Shown here in pieces: positions 10,168-20,484 of a stretch of 27,426 nt of DNA. The position numbers and the translations under genes are program-made. This stretch comes from Thiohalomonadales bacterium (GTDB taxonomy: Bacteria > Pseudomonadota > Gammaproteobacteria > SZUA-152): NCBI GenBank assembly GCA_048061555.1, contig JBGMRO010000002.1:1-27426 (forward strand), written 5' to 3'. Position 1 is the stretch's first letter. Every line of letters begins with the position of its first letter. The notes beneath the pieces are model-generated. The model was not told the origin of the DNA and did no database searches. It worked only from the letters and a program-made list of their open reading frames with translations.

Positions 10168-10695
10168 ATGCAATTATCCAATGTTAACGGGTTTGCCAGG
10201 TTGAGCAATCGCAGCATAATATTGTTAGTGATATCCAGCGGCATGATGCTGGTATCCGGTGCAAGTTTTGCGAGTAGTGCAATAGCCAATCAAGTGGCGA
10301 CATTTTGTGCACCAGCGATGACCAGTCCAAATGTAGGGTCTTGTAATTCATGCCATATTACGAATATTACCCGGAGCGTCAACGATTTAACCCCGAAAGG
10401 TCTTGAGGCGCAAGCAGGTAATTTTTCTGCATTTTGTACTACAGCGACGACACCAACGCCTCCCACATCCCCCCCAGTAACGCCACCCGTTACACCACCA
10501 ACTACTCCACCAGTAGACCCAACATTACCGACACCACCGACCACAGGTATGGGCATGAGTGGCGTACCAGTTGTCCCTCCGGGTGTAGGTATGGGCACGG
10601 GCGGTATAGTATCGTCAAGCGACGATGACGACGACGATGATGATGATGATGATGACAGTGTAATGGCGCCACTGCTTAAGGCCTTGGGTTTTTAA
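10168..10695 (+). CDS. Secreted small CxxCH (putative c-type heme) protein with Pro/Thr linker and poly-Asp tail
   Basis: GGGAG RBS; signal peptide ending ASFA; CNSCH motif; PT-rich repeat; 12 Asp; followed by a strong terminator. Confidence 0.7.
   Translation: MQLSNVNGFARLSNRSIILLVISSGMMLVSGASFASSAIANQVATFCAPAMTSPNVGSCNSCHITNITRSVNDLTPKGLEAQAGNFSAFCTTATTPTPPTSPPVTPPVTPPTTPPVDPTLPTPPTTGMGMSGVPVVPPGVGMGTGGIVSSSDDDDDDDDDDDDSVMAPLLKALGF
10621..10656 (+). repeat. GAY trinucleotide run encoding 12 Asp
   Basis: gac gat gac gac gac gat gat gat gat gat gat gac; mixed codons. Confidence 0.9.
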
Positions 10696-10781
10696 GTGAC
10701 TATATGGCTAAAAATCGACCATGTTATTCTTTAGCTTGCGCTGTATCACATGATTTAGATAGCCAAAGCCAAACTTAGAAC

Positions 10782-10813
10782 AAAAAAAGGGACTCAATAG
10801 AGTCCCTTTTTTT
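10782..10813. terminator. Rho-independent terminator, symmetric A7/T7 tracts
   Basis: aaaaaaa-gggactc-aata-gagtccc-ttttttt; perfect 7-bp stem. Confidence 0.92.
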
Positions 10814-10864
10814 GTCGTGAAGAAAGTATCAATTGGCACGGAGCCACAAAACGATTATTATTCC

Positions 10865-10965
10865 AAGTTGCTGGGGGTGCTGATTGTCCTTTTAGAAATA
10901 AGGGTACAGAAGCTGAGATACACCCTTCGAACCTGATCCGGGCAGTGCCGGCGTAGGGAAGCCTT
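10865..10965 (+). promoter_or_regulatory. TPP (thiamine pyrophosphate) riboswitch
   Basis: GGGGTGC...GCTGAGA...ACCC..GAACCTGAT.C.GG...TGCCGGCGTAGGGAAG, directly upstream of thiC. Confidence 0.95.
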
Positions 10966-11032
10966 GTTGCCTACCTATATAAGCGCCAATTTCCGCCTTA
11001 GTCCTTAAATGTAAGAAAATGAGGGATGATGA

Positions 11033-12952
<1,920 letters not shown>

Positions 12953-13061
12953 AACCAAATAATCACTTTATTGCCTCCCGATGTAGCCCGGGTTTCGCAT
13001 CTTGGTCAAGAAGAAATTCGGGTTGGCCGCAATAAGGTTTTGTCAGAGATACGCAGGTAAA

Positions 13062-13406
13062 TTAGTAGATATAGACCGCACCTGCCTCAGGTCGGTTGCT
13101 TGTATCTCGTATACCGCTGATTGGATCGTTAAAACCGGTGGCAATGCTACCCTCTGAGGGAGCCGTAACCAGGAGTGTATGACCGTCATGATCTAATTCG
13201 ATCACGGTACCAAAAGAGTCCCGATACCCGGGGTCTGGCGCCTTCTACTAGGGTTGGTTTTTCTCCGGTACCAATGGGGCCATCTTCGTCACCACTGCTG
13301 CACACAGCATGAATACAAGGACACTGAACAAACCGCCGGTAACCACATTTGTAACGGCTTTCTTGGCGGTGCTGTAAATACGCCTACTCTTCCAGCTCTC
13401 CCTCAT
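13062..13406 (-). pseudogene. Internally deleted, frameshifted FG-GAP/integrin-like repeat lipoprotein gene
   Basis: ATG 13406 (AAGGA RBS) gives MRESWKSRRIYSTAKKAVTNVVTGGLFSVLVFML. A shift near 13303 gives CSSGDEDGPIGTGEKPTLV. A third frame (13244-13062) gives KAPDPGYRDSFGTVIELDHDGHTLLVTAPSEGSIATG...AGAVYIY*, a typical terminal bacterial FG-GAP repeat. Not in the ORF track. Confidence 0.72.
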
Positions 13407-14259
13407 CCACATCGTCCTTTTTAATGTCTTCTATATAATAAATTCCTATGCCTGTGCGGGTGCCTGGTTGGGTAAGCCCTAGCTCTTTTTCGATACGTTT
13501 TTTATTGGCCAACCACTGATTCAAATCAAGTATCAGTGCATTGCATTTGTCACGGCTAACGATCCTGAATTCATTGATGCCCGCCTTTGACAGTTGCCCA
13601 TAGACCACCTCTCTTTGGAAACGAGGCTCCTTGGAATTGTGCAGGTTGTGATCAATTGTAGTCAATAGGTCTGAAGCGCTGGTCCCCATGATAGTGAGTT
13701 TGTCTAATTCATCGGAAACGGGGACGTAACCTTGAGAGATGAGCGTGACCTTGTTCTCGCCCACCAATTTTACTGCCTCAATGCGCAGCAGCTCGTCCAA
13801 TATAGCGCCGTGCGTTACGTCCCCACTATACTGCTTAACCAATTGTTTAAAGTCAAATTTATCGCCACGTATGATCAATGTGCGTGGCTTGTTTTTCTTG
13901 CCTTGATAGTTTTTATCTTGTAACCAGCCACCCAATACACGAGAGGCACGATTTAACGGGCGACTAACATTGGAACTAGTCAGATTATTCTCAAGTAAGT
14001 TGGTGATCTTGACCACCTCTTTACGGCTCAGGCCCGACAAAACCGATACGCGCGATATCGACGTCTTCCGCCCTTGAATTCCAAAATGGTCATAGCCCAC
14101 TTTTACGAACAGTTTTTTCGCCAACTCATTAAATTCCACATGCGATACACCGCAACTCATTAGGATACGAATAAGCGGCTCCATAAGTTTCGCGGTGGCC
14201 GCGAGTACACTATTTTTTTTACTGTCCATTGCTGGGAATAATAACCCACTTCTTAGCAT
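13384..14259 (-). CDS. DUF6502 family protein (putative HTH-like regulator)
   Basis: PLIRILMSCGVSHVEFNELAKKLFV, SISRVSVLSGLSRKEV, NRASRVLGGW and FKQLVKQYSGDVTHGAILDELLR recognised as DUF6502-like. The start could instead be 14229. Confidence 0.75.
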   Translation of the reverse strand: MLRSGLLFPAMDSKKNSVLAATAKLMEPLIRILMSCGVSHVEFNELAKKLFVKVGYDHFGIQGRKTSISRVSVLSGLSRKEVVKITNLLENNLTSSNVSRPLNRASRVLGGWLQDKNYQGKKNKPRTLIIRGDKFDFKQLVKQYSGDVTHGAILDELLRIEAVKLVGENKVTLISQGYVPVSDELDKLTIMGTSASDLLTTIDHNLHNSKEPRFQREVVYGQLSKAGINEFRIVSRDKCNALILDLNQWLANKKRIEKELGLTQPGTRTGIGIYYIEDIKKDDVDEGELEE

Positions 14260-14298
14260 TGTGTAAATAATAAACAGGAATTACATCACAAAAATAGT

Positions 14299-14327
14299 TT
14301 GACAGATTATAAAAATGGGAATAAAGT
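14299..14327 (+). promoter_or_regulatory. Candidate sigma70 promoter for the five-gene operon
   Basis: TTGACA (14299-14304), 17-nt spacer, TAAAGT (14322-14327). Confidence 0.55.
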
Positions 14328-14678
14328 CCCTATTTATGGTCTGGGGAGGCTGTTATTGGTCGTAAAGTGAGCATATGGAGGCCGGTCAGTTTGCGCTAGT
14401 GATATCGGCGACGTGGGCATTCAAAACCGCGCAATCACTAAGTCTTATCTATACAAGGCTGGCAAAAAGAAATTGCTTGGGGGGATTTCTTTTAGTCGCG
14501 CAGCGGGGGGCTCGGGATGCGTTAAAGAAAACGGAAACGAGATAGTGTGAGAAATTGTTCTATGACGATTGATTAGACAGAGCGGTAGCGTCTTCAGTCT
14601 TCGATAATAATCTGCGTGTAGTGGGTTTACAAAAATAAATGTCTGTTAGCAGACGAAAATGAATAAAGGAGTTTGTCT

Positions 14679-16736
14679 ATGTCATCACCAATACGGAAAT
14701 ACAAAATAGTCTGTGGTGTTTCGCTAATACTACTGAGCCAAGGCGCGCTAGCCATTGGGACATTGCCTGGCATCAATTTTACCGAAAGGAAAACGGAGCA
14801 GGTGTCGCGTAATATCCTGGAAAAATGTGTGTTTGGGCCTGTTTGTGATTTACCGTCGAGGAATATTATCGACACAGAATCGTTTACGGGGGTACCTGGT
14901 ACAGGTGATATCGCCCCCTATTATTCTACCGCCTATTTTTCACGCGCTATCGATAGCAAAAAACTGGCGCTAGCAGATGAACTTGAGATACAGGTTAACG
15001 TTCAGTCGCATAGTGGCATTCTTCCAGATTGTGGCATTCTCGTGCGCGAATTCTTTTTTCTATACCCTGATACTTCGACGTCAAATAACATTGTTTACTG
15101 TCAAGGTCGATCAGGGGATCTTGGGAGTCCAGGTTTTAGTTTTGAATGGGGACAGAATGATACCTCACCAAAACCTGGTAGCGATTTAAGCTATCCGATA
15201 ATTAATGGTGTAAAAATGGAGAGATGGACCACTCGTCGAAATATATCCTTTAAAAATCCGCGCTTATTGTACGAGTCGGAACCGGAAAAAATGTACCAGT
15301 CCGCCAAAAGGATTGTGCCGTATACGATGATTGAATACGACCTCAGTATGACTGAAGATTTTCGTGAAAGACCAGCTAATAGTTACGGGGCGACTAAAAC
15401 TACTACAGGTCTTGTTACTAATCTTCCTCCGATACGGGCGATACTGTTAAACAAAGACACGATACGTTTAGGTTGCAAATTAGGTCGCGATGTGCAGCGT
15501 ACTATTTTAAACCAATCCATAGAGCCAGTCTCTTTACTCCAATATCCTGAAATGTCGACATTTGTTGCCGGTTTCAATCTATCAAAACAATATGACGGGA
15601 CTACTTACAAACCAAATGTACAGCTTGAAAAATTGAAGTCTGCATGTGCCGGAGTTGGTGATGGTTTGGAGGTGTTTGGATTGGGGGCAGCTGAGAACAG
15701 AAAAGTCAATCTATACATAAGATACGGAACTCTAGTCGACGAGACCAATTTATGGGATGACTACGCCACCTCAATACGAGACGATCTTAATTACCGTTTT
15801 GACATTTGGAATTCTCTGAATAACGTCAATAATACGTTTGCGAGCTCCAATACGGAGTTGTTGGCCTATCTGCAGCGGGCTGCTAACGATATGAGATTAG
15901 TATTAACGGCGTATGCGCTAGACCCCGTTAATCTTCCTGCTTTTACCCTCGCCGAAGTCGATCAGTTTTTTTATGGCCCAAGTATGGGAGATCTGGCCGG
16001 GTTATATATACCCACCATTGATGTATCGGCGGCACCGGTAAGCTGGGCTACGTTTGATAGATTTGCAAAAGATGAGGCATTAAAGGGCGACCCACTATCA
16101 CCCTATATAAATTATTCAAGTGAAGTTAAATTACTGACAGCCCTGAATGACGTGCGAATATCTGGTAGCGCGGCGGTACTGGTTAATATAGTCAACGACG
16201 CGTTGGCAGATCTAGAGAACGAAATGTCCCGAGCGAATTACTTTTTGTTGCTCGTGGCAGCAGCGAACACCAAAGTCCAGACGGCGTTGAGTATTGTTCA
16301 AAGCGAAATAACCTTGGCATTGGGCCAGGCCTCTGCGCAACCATTGACACCGCTCACGATAATTACGGCGGCTACGGCACCGACAAATCCAGCACCCGGT
16401 ACAACAACTTCCTCAAATAGTTTTTTACCGATCACGTCGAGCAATGGGCCCAATGCGCCGATAACTGCTGCATCGTACATTGATGTTTATTGGACCGGTG
16501 CTGCACCGCCAGCGGGTTATAACATCGCCATTTTTGAAGAAGCGTCCGGTCTTCTACGTATTCAAAAAAGTGTGAGTGCGATGACCTTCGATGCTACTAC
16601 GCAAGAATGGTATATCGCACTTTCTGTTACGAATACCACACGCGTGGGGAATTACATCGTTGGATTTACATCCGCAAACATAGATACGTTATTTGGTGCG
16701 CCACGCAGTGATGTCTTTAGTGTAGTACGGCCATAA
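14679..16736 (+). CDS. Secreted uncharacterised protein A1 (paralog of 22409-24433)
   Basis: AAGGAG RBS 7 nt before ATG 14679; signal peptide ending GALA; six Cys in the mature part; helical middle; Pro/Thr linker; about 100 aa beta-rich C-terminal domain. Confidence 0.85.
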   Translation: MSSPIRKYKIVCGVSLILLSQGALAIGTLPGINFTERKTEQVSRNILEKCVFGPVCDLPSRNIIDTESFTGVPGTGDIAPYYSTAYFSRAIDSKKLALADELEIQVNVQSHSGILPDCGILVREFFFLYPDTSTSNNIVYCQGRSGDLGSPGFSFEWGQNDTSPKPGSDLSYPIINGVKMERWTTRRNISFKNPRLLYESEPEKMYQSAKRIVPYTMIEYDLSMTEDFRERPANSYGATKTTTGLVTNLPPIRAILLNKDTIRLGCKLGRDVQRTILNQSIEPVSLLQYPEMSTFVAGFNLSKQYDGTTYKPNVQLEKLKSACAGVGDGLEVFGLGAAENRKVNLYIRYGTLVDETNLWDDYATSIRDDLNYRFDIWNSLNNVNNTFASSNTELLAYLQRAANDMRLVLTAYALDPVNLPAFTLAEVDQFFYGPSMGDLAGLYIPTIDVSAAPVSWATFDRFAKDEALKGDPLSPYINYSSEVKLLTALNDVRISGSAAVLVNIVNDALADLENEMSRANYFLLLVAAANTKVQTALSIVQSEITLALGQASAQPLTPLTIITAATAPTNPAPGTTTSSNSFLPITSSNGPNAPITAASYIDVYWTGAAPPAGYNIAIFEEASGLLRIQKSVSAMTFDATTQEWYIALSVTNTTRVGNYIVGFTSANIDTLFGAPRSDVFSVVRP
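16422..16730 (+). repeat. Direct repeat copy 1 (C-terminal domain of A1)
   Basis: Aligns without gaps to 24122-24430 (offset 7700). 96/103 aa identical; 25 nt differences over the 280 nt counted. Confidence 0.95.
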
Positions 16737-16790
16737 CAAGAATTGACTGGTCGCCTTTCCGATTGCTCGTTCTTAACTGCGTAATATGAG

Positions 16791-16823
16791 TGGGGACCCT
16801 CTATGGGTCATAGCAGGTCCCCA
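16791..16823. other. Intergenic GC-rich hairpin between A1 and B
   Basis: tggggacc-ct-ctatg / ggt / catag-ca-ggtcccca, followed by atttt. Confidence 0.6.
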
Positions 16824-16877
16824 ATTTTCTATGCGACATTTTTTACGCAACTATATCTATGCAACAATGGAGGTAAC

Positions 16878-18053
16878 ATGAATTTACAAACAAGATATCT
16901 GTTTGGGTTATTAATAATAATTCTGCAGTTCCCGGTATATGCGTTCGAGATCTATTCTCCTACCGGTGAACCTGTGCCCGCACAAATGGATCAAGAGGAG
17001 GCGCGCCTTAATATATTGAATAGTCGTACGAATGAAGTCGTCTTTGCACATGGTAACTATGCAATTACGAGGGATAACTTGTTTCTGGGTAATGATGGCA
17101 TATTAATGCAAAGCAAGGCCTGGTATAGCGATGCATCAGTTTGGTTGGCGTTACTTGACAGTATTGTCACCTCATTTCAGACCAATAATATTAGCCAACT
17201 TGCTCAATTTAGTGTTCGAAATAAACTTCGAACACAGATAAATAGTGCCCATACAGAATTTTTGCGATTATCGAGCAGTGCGGCATCAATTCGATCTAAA
17301 AGCCAATCTGCACTGAATACGCTCGCTGATGTGAGACGTTTTCCAGCACAGTTTGTAACAGATTTTGACGCACCGATTGTGGGTTTAGTCGCTAGAGCAA
17401 ATCAGTTGGAAGATGCGGTCATCGCGATTAATAATACACTCAATATCAGCTTTATCTCGGCAACAAAATTGGCGCTGTCCAGAACACATCAAATCTCAGA
17501 GCTCTTGTTGAAATCTGCAGTGCTAAATACACAGTATGCAGCGATACAAGGGGATCTAAAGATGATGGAGTCCGTTCTGCTAGCAGAGAATATCGTGGCG
17601 CCACTCTATGCGGAACTATTAGAAATAAAAATTAAAATCAATACGCTCGTTAACGACAGCATGCCATTCAATGCAAATTCACAATTAGCGATAATGCAAA
17701 CGAAGAGCACGCAAGCGATTGCTACAATCAATAGTGCGGGTATCGGTGCTACGGAGGCACAAAGTGGCATAGACAGAATTAATGCTTTACTATTTAAAGC
17801 ACAAAACAGCGTTTCCTTGATTATGAATGCACCAGAGGCGGCCATTGTTTCACTTTACAGGAAATTGGCGGGTATCCCAGTGCTGTATTGTCGTTATCCC
17901 ATCGGTCAGAAAAAATTTAATTGTCCATTAATGAAGTCACTGGGTGGTTTAACCAATGCTGATATTTACGCGATGACGCCGGCAGATCTAAGATATTTTG
18001 AGGACTCGATAAAAAGAGTATATGACGGACCGATAACCATCGGAGGGATTTAA
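16878..18053 (+). CDS. Secreted, largely alpha-helical uncharacterised protein B
   Basis: GGAGG RBS before ATG 16878 (ORF-track start 16803 is less likely); signal peptide ending PVYA; long amphipathic helices; C-terminal Cys pair. Confidence 0.85.
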   Translation: MNLQTRYLFGLLIIILQFPVYAFEIYSPTGEPVPAQMDQEEARLNILNSRTNEVVFAHGNYAITRDNLFLGNDGILMQSKAWYSDASVWLALLDSIVTSFQTNNISQLAQFSVRNKLRTQINSAHTEFLRLSSSAASIRSKSQSALNTLADVRRFPAQFVTDFDAPIVGLVARANQLEDAVIAINNTLNISFISATKLALSRTHQISELLLKSAVLNTQYAAIQGDLKMMESVLLAENIVAPLYAELLEIKIKINTLVNDSMPFNANSQLAIMQTKSTQAIATINSAGIGATEAQSGIDRINALLFKAQNSVSLIMNAPEAAIVSLYRKLAGIPVLYCRYPIGQKKFNCPLMKSLGGLTNADIYAMTPADLRYFEDSIKRVYDGPITIGGI

Positions 18054-18054
18054 C

Positions 18055-20379
18055 ATGAAACCTAACATGAAAAGAATGTTTATTTCTATTTTACTGCTTG
18101 CATCAAGCATCATGATGGCTCCGGGCGTGAATGCCGCAGTACAATGTAACGCGATGTTGGCGATCGATAATATGGCGGACGGTGCCAAGATTGACCCGGC
18201 ATTATTGGCTAAAATGTTGGGTCGTACGCCTCTGACTTTTATCCCCTTTGTCGCTCAAGATATCGTAGCCTGGATTGATTATTTCAATATTAATTCAAAT
18301 CCCCAACCCCAAGCCCCAAAGATTGGTGATAGAACTGTGGCTATGACTACCACCAATACCATTGAATTAAGGGAATACAAATATACGGACTTCGGCTCAC
18401 CTGGATGGGTTATGTATTCTGATGTGGGTACGGTAACGGAACTGCTGCAGGATTTAAACAAATTTGAGCAAGAAATGAATGCGCTAGGTTATTCAATACG
18501 TACCACGGATAACGACTCAATATTTTCTGACGTAGAAGCACTGTATACGGACCAGAAAAAATTGAAGGCGCAAATGCTGCATGATTTAAAGGTCGCGGCT
18601 ACCACGCAATTACTGGAGTGCGCAGCGACTATACCCGTTGCGAATTGCCCCCAGTTTGACTTGCAGTATGCACAGACGCATTTGGTTGATACCGTTGAGA
18701 GAATCGAGGTGCTTCCTGATGGTACACAGAAAAAAATAGTAGAATCAGTAACACAAATCGATCCAAATAAAAAAGTTGACATTAACGGAAATGAAGTAAC
18801 CTTATCTACACTTATAAATGCAGCGAATAGCTCAGCCAAGGTTGCCTGTTTATTAAATATAAAATTGTTCGATCTTATTCCCGGATTCCAAGCAGTCTCA
18901 ATGCCAGGAATAGATCATCCGGTGATAAGCTGGAATTTACCGACGTTAAGCTTGCCGAATTTTGGTAAAATGACCTTTGCCGGCATGAGTTCGAAACTAC
19001 AAGCGCTTGGTTGCCCGAAATTTCTATGTGGCGCATTAGCCAAAGTCGGGTTCGGTGGTAGTGGTCCATCGAAATGGTGGGAGAATTATATAGACTTCGA
19101 TTTTGCTGATTTTAACTCACCCGAAGCGCTTAAATTAAAGGCTATTCAAAATACTTTGAGTGGCTTGAGCACTAACTTTGATATTCCCAATTTATCAAAA
19201 ATGCCGGTATTGGACCCACCTACGTATCCCAAACTACAACTCAAGAAAAAGAAGGAGTGGTCAGGAATAAACCGCGGTAGCCATGACCGAGTCGGAATTG
19301 AATCTCTGGCCTATTATGAGATCTATGGTAGCGAATTAGCGCAAGCTGGTGTGGCCTATGGAAAATTCAGCGCATGGATACTTGGATTAGAGATAAATAT
19401 TGTTAGTGCAAGTGGAGATTTTTTTACCGGTGTGGCATCCGAATCTAATAATATCGGCTTAGGGCTAACGAGTGTTGATCCTAGCGATATACTAGGATAT
19501 ATGGCTATTAAGCTTCGTTATTTTGGCGATACCTGGGAGAGTATACAGAATCAAAGTGGTGGATTAGGTATCTCGGTAAATAGAGACGAACCTCCCATTT
19601 CTTTTAAATTCATTATGGGTAACAGCTATCAGTTTACGGTGGGTCCAGTACCTGTGGTCGTCACTATTGGTGGTTACTTTGAGGCGGGCCTAGACTGGTC
19701 AGCCGGTCTTGGTCCATTTAAGATGTACGCGATGCTTGAACCTTTTGCTAAGGGTGGAGGTTTCGTTCAAGGGGGTGCCGGGATTGGCAAGTTTTCTGCT
19801 GGTGTAGGTGGCGAACTGACAATAATAGATGCCCGGGTTCCCCTAGAAGCCGCCGTGCGCTTGGCGTTTTCCGAAAATGGGGAGCCCTATTTAGATCTCG
19901 GTATATCATCTAAGCCCTATTACATCACCTTGGGCGGGCGTATTTACGCCTACGTTACATACCCATGGCCTAAATTTAGTTGGAGGCCCGGCTGGAAAAC
20001 AAAACAAAAAACAAAGACACTTTTTGAAACTCCGGGAGAATTACACGACTATCCTATTTTTGATTGGGGCATGGAAGTCGGGTATCGCGGGCTGACCATG
20101 CGCGGAGATTTAATCGATCAACAAGATTTAGCCATGGCGGCAATGTTGCAAGGTTCCATAGATATTTTCAATCGCGCCGACGCCTTGTCTTCTTATCTTA
20201 GTAAAACAAATCTTAGGTTAGTCAACTTCTATACGAAACTAGGGCAAGATCTCGCGGCAGAAACGACGAATGTCCCCGTGGTTACGAGTACAGTTGTTGC
20301 CGCATCTGACGCCTTTCTATTAGAGTTAGATACCTATAATTGTCATCTTTCAACAATTGCTGGTACGCCGTGTTTGTAA
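18055..20379 (+). CDS. Secreted protein C: helical N-half, amphipathic beta-sheet C-half resembling the LLTP open beta-sheet
   Basis: GGAGG RBS; signal peptide ending GVNA; starts 1 nt after the stop of B; Gly/aromatic alternating strands from about 19243 to 20090. Confidence 0.8.
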   Translation: MKPNMKRMFISILLLASSIMMAPGVNAAVQCNAMLAIDNMADGAKIDPALLAKMLGRTPLTFIPFVAQDIVAWIDYFNINSNPQPQAPKIGDRTVAMTTTNTIELREYKYTDFGSPGWVMYSDVGTVTELLQDLNKFEQEMNALGYSIRTTDNDSIFSDVEALYTDQKKLKAQMLHDLKVAATTQLLECAATIPVANCPQFDLQYAQTHLVDTVERIEVLPDGTQKKIVESVTQIDPNKKVDINGNEVTLSTLINAANSSAKVACLLNIKLFDLIPGFQAVSMPGIDHPVISWNLPTLSLPNFGKMTFAGMSSKLQALGCPKFLCGALAKVGFGGSGPSKWWENYIDFDFADFNSPEALKLKAIQNTLSGLSTNFDIPNLSKMPVLDPPTYPKLQLKKKKEWSGINRGSHDRVGIESLAYYEIYGSELAQAGVAYGKFSAWILGLEINIVSASGDFFTGVASESNNIGLGLTSVDPSDILGYMAIKLRYFGDTWESIQNQSGGLGISVNRDEPPISFKFIMGNSYQFTVGPVPVVVTIGGYFEAGLDWSAGLGPFKMYAMLEPFAKGGGFVQGGAGIGKFSAGVGGELTIIDARVPLEAAVRLAFSENGEPYLDLGISSKPYYITLGGRIYAYVTYPWPKFSWRPGWKTKQKTKTLFETPGELHDYPIFDWGMEVGYRGLTMRGDLIDQQDLAMAAMLQGSIDIFNRADALSSYLSKTNLRLVNFYTKLGQDLAAETTNVPVVTSTVVAASDAFLLELDTYNCHLSTIAGTPCL

Positions 20380-20401
20380 GGCGGTAGTTACCGATCGATA
20401 A

Positions 20402-20455
20402 AACAAGCCGTCAACTTAAATGCGTAACCTCGTATTCTTGAGTTGACGGCTTGTT
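20402..20455. other. Long intergenic inverted repeat between C and D
   Basis: Perfect 15-bp arms aacaagccgtcaact (20402-20416) and agttgacggcttgtt (20441-20455), with further internal pairing (aatgcg/cgtatt). Confidence 0.85.
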
Positions 20456-20484
20456 ATCCACATTAATAGAGAGCTTGGATTAAT

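Noticed and set aside
10290-10598. Antisense Gly/Val-rich 102-aa ORF
   Set aside because: Mirror of the Pro/Thr codons of the 10168-10695 gene.
10834-10849. TGGCAC upstream of the TPP riboswitch as a sigma54 -24 box
   Set aside because: No TTGC -12 element at the proper distance.
12978-13006. GTAG-cccggg element after thiC as a REP copy
   Set aside because: Weak, incomplete palindrome with no second copy in the window.
14459-14477. Sigma54-like ctggca...ttgct upstream of A1
   Set aside because: There are 12 nt between GG and GC instead of the required 10.
14377-14547. 56-codon ORF (MEAGQFALV...) in the operon leader
   Set aside because: No convincing RBS and no recognisable motif.
20402-20455. 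GTCAAC...GTTGAC hairpin as a HEARO/IscB omega-RNA or IS end
   Set aside because: No following RNA scaffold, nuclease or transposase gene; treated as an operon hairpin.
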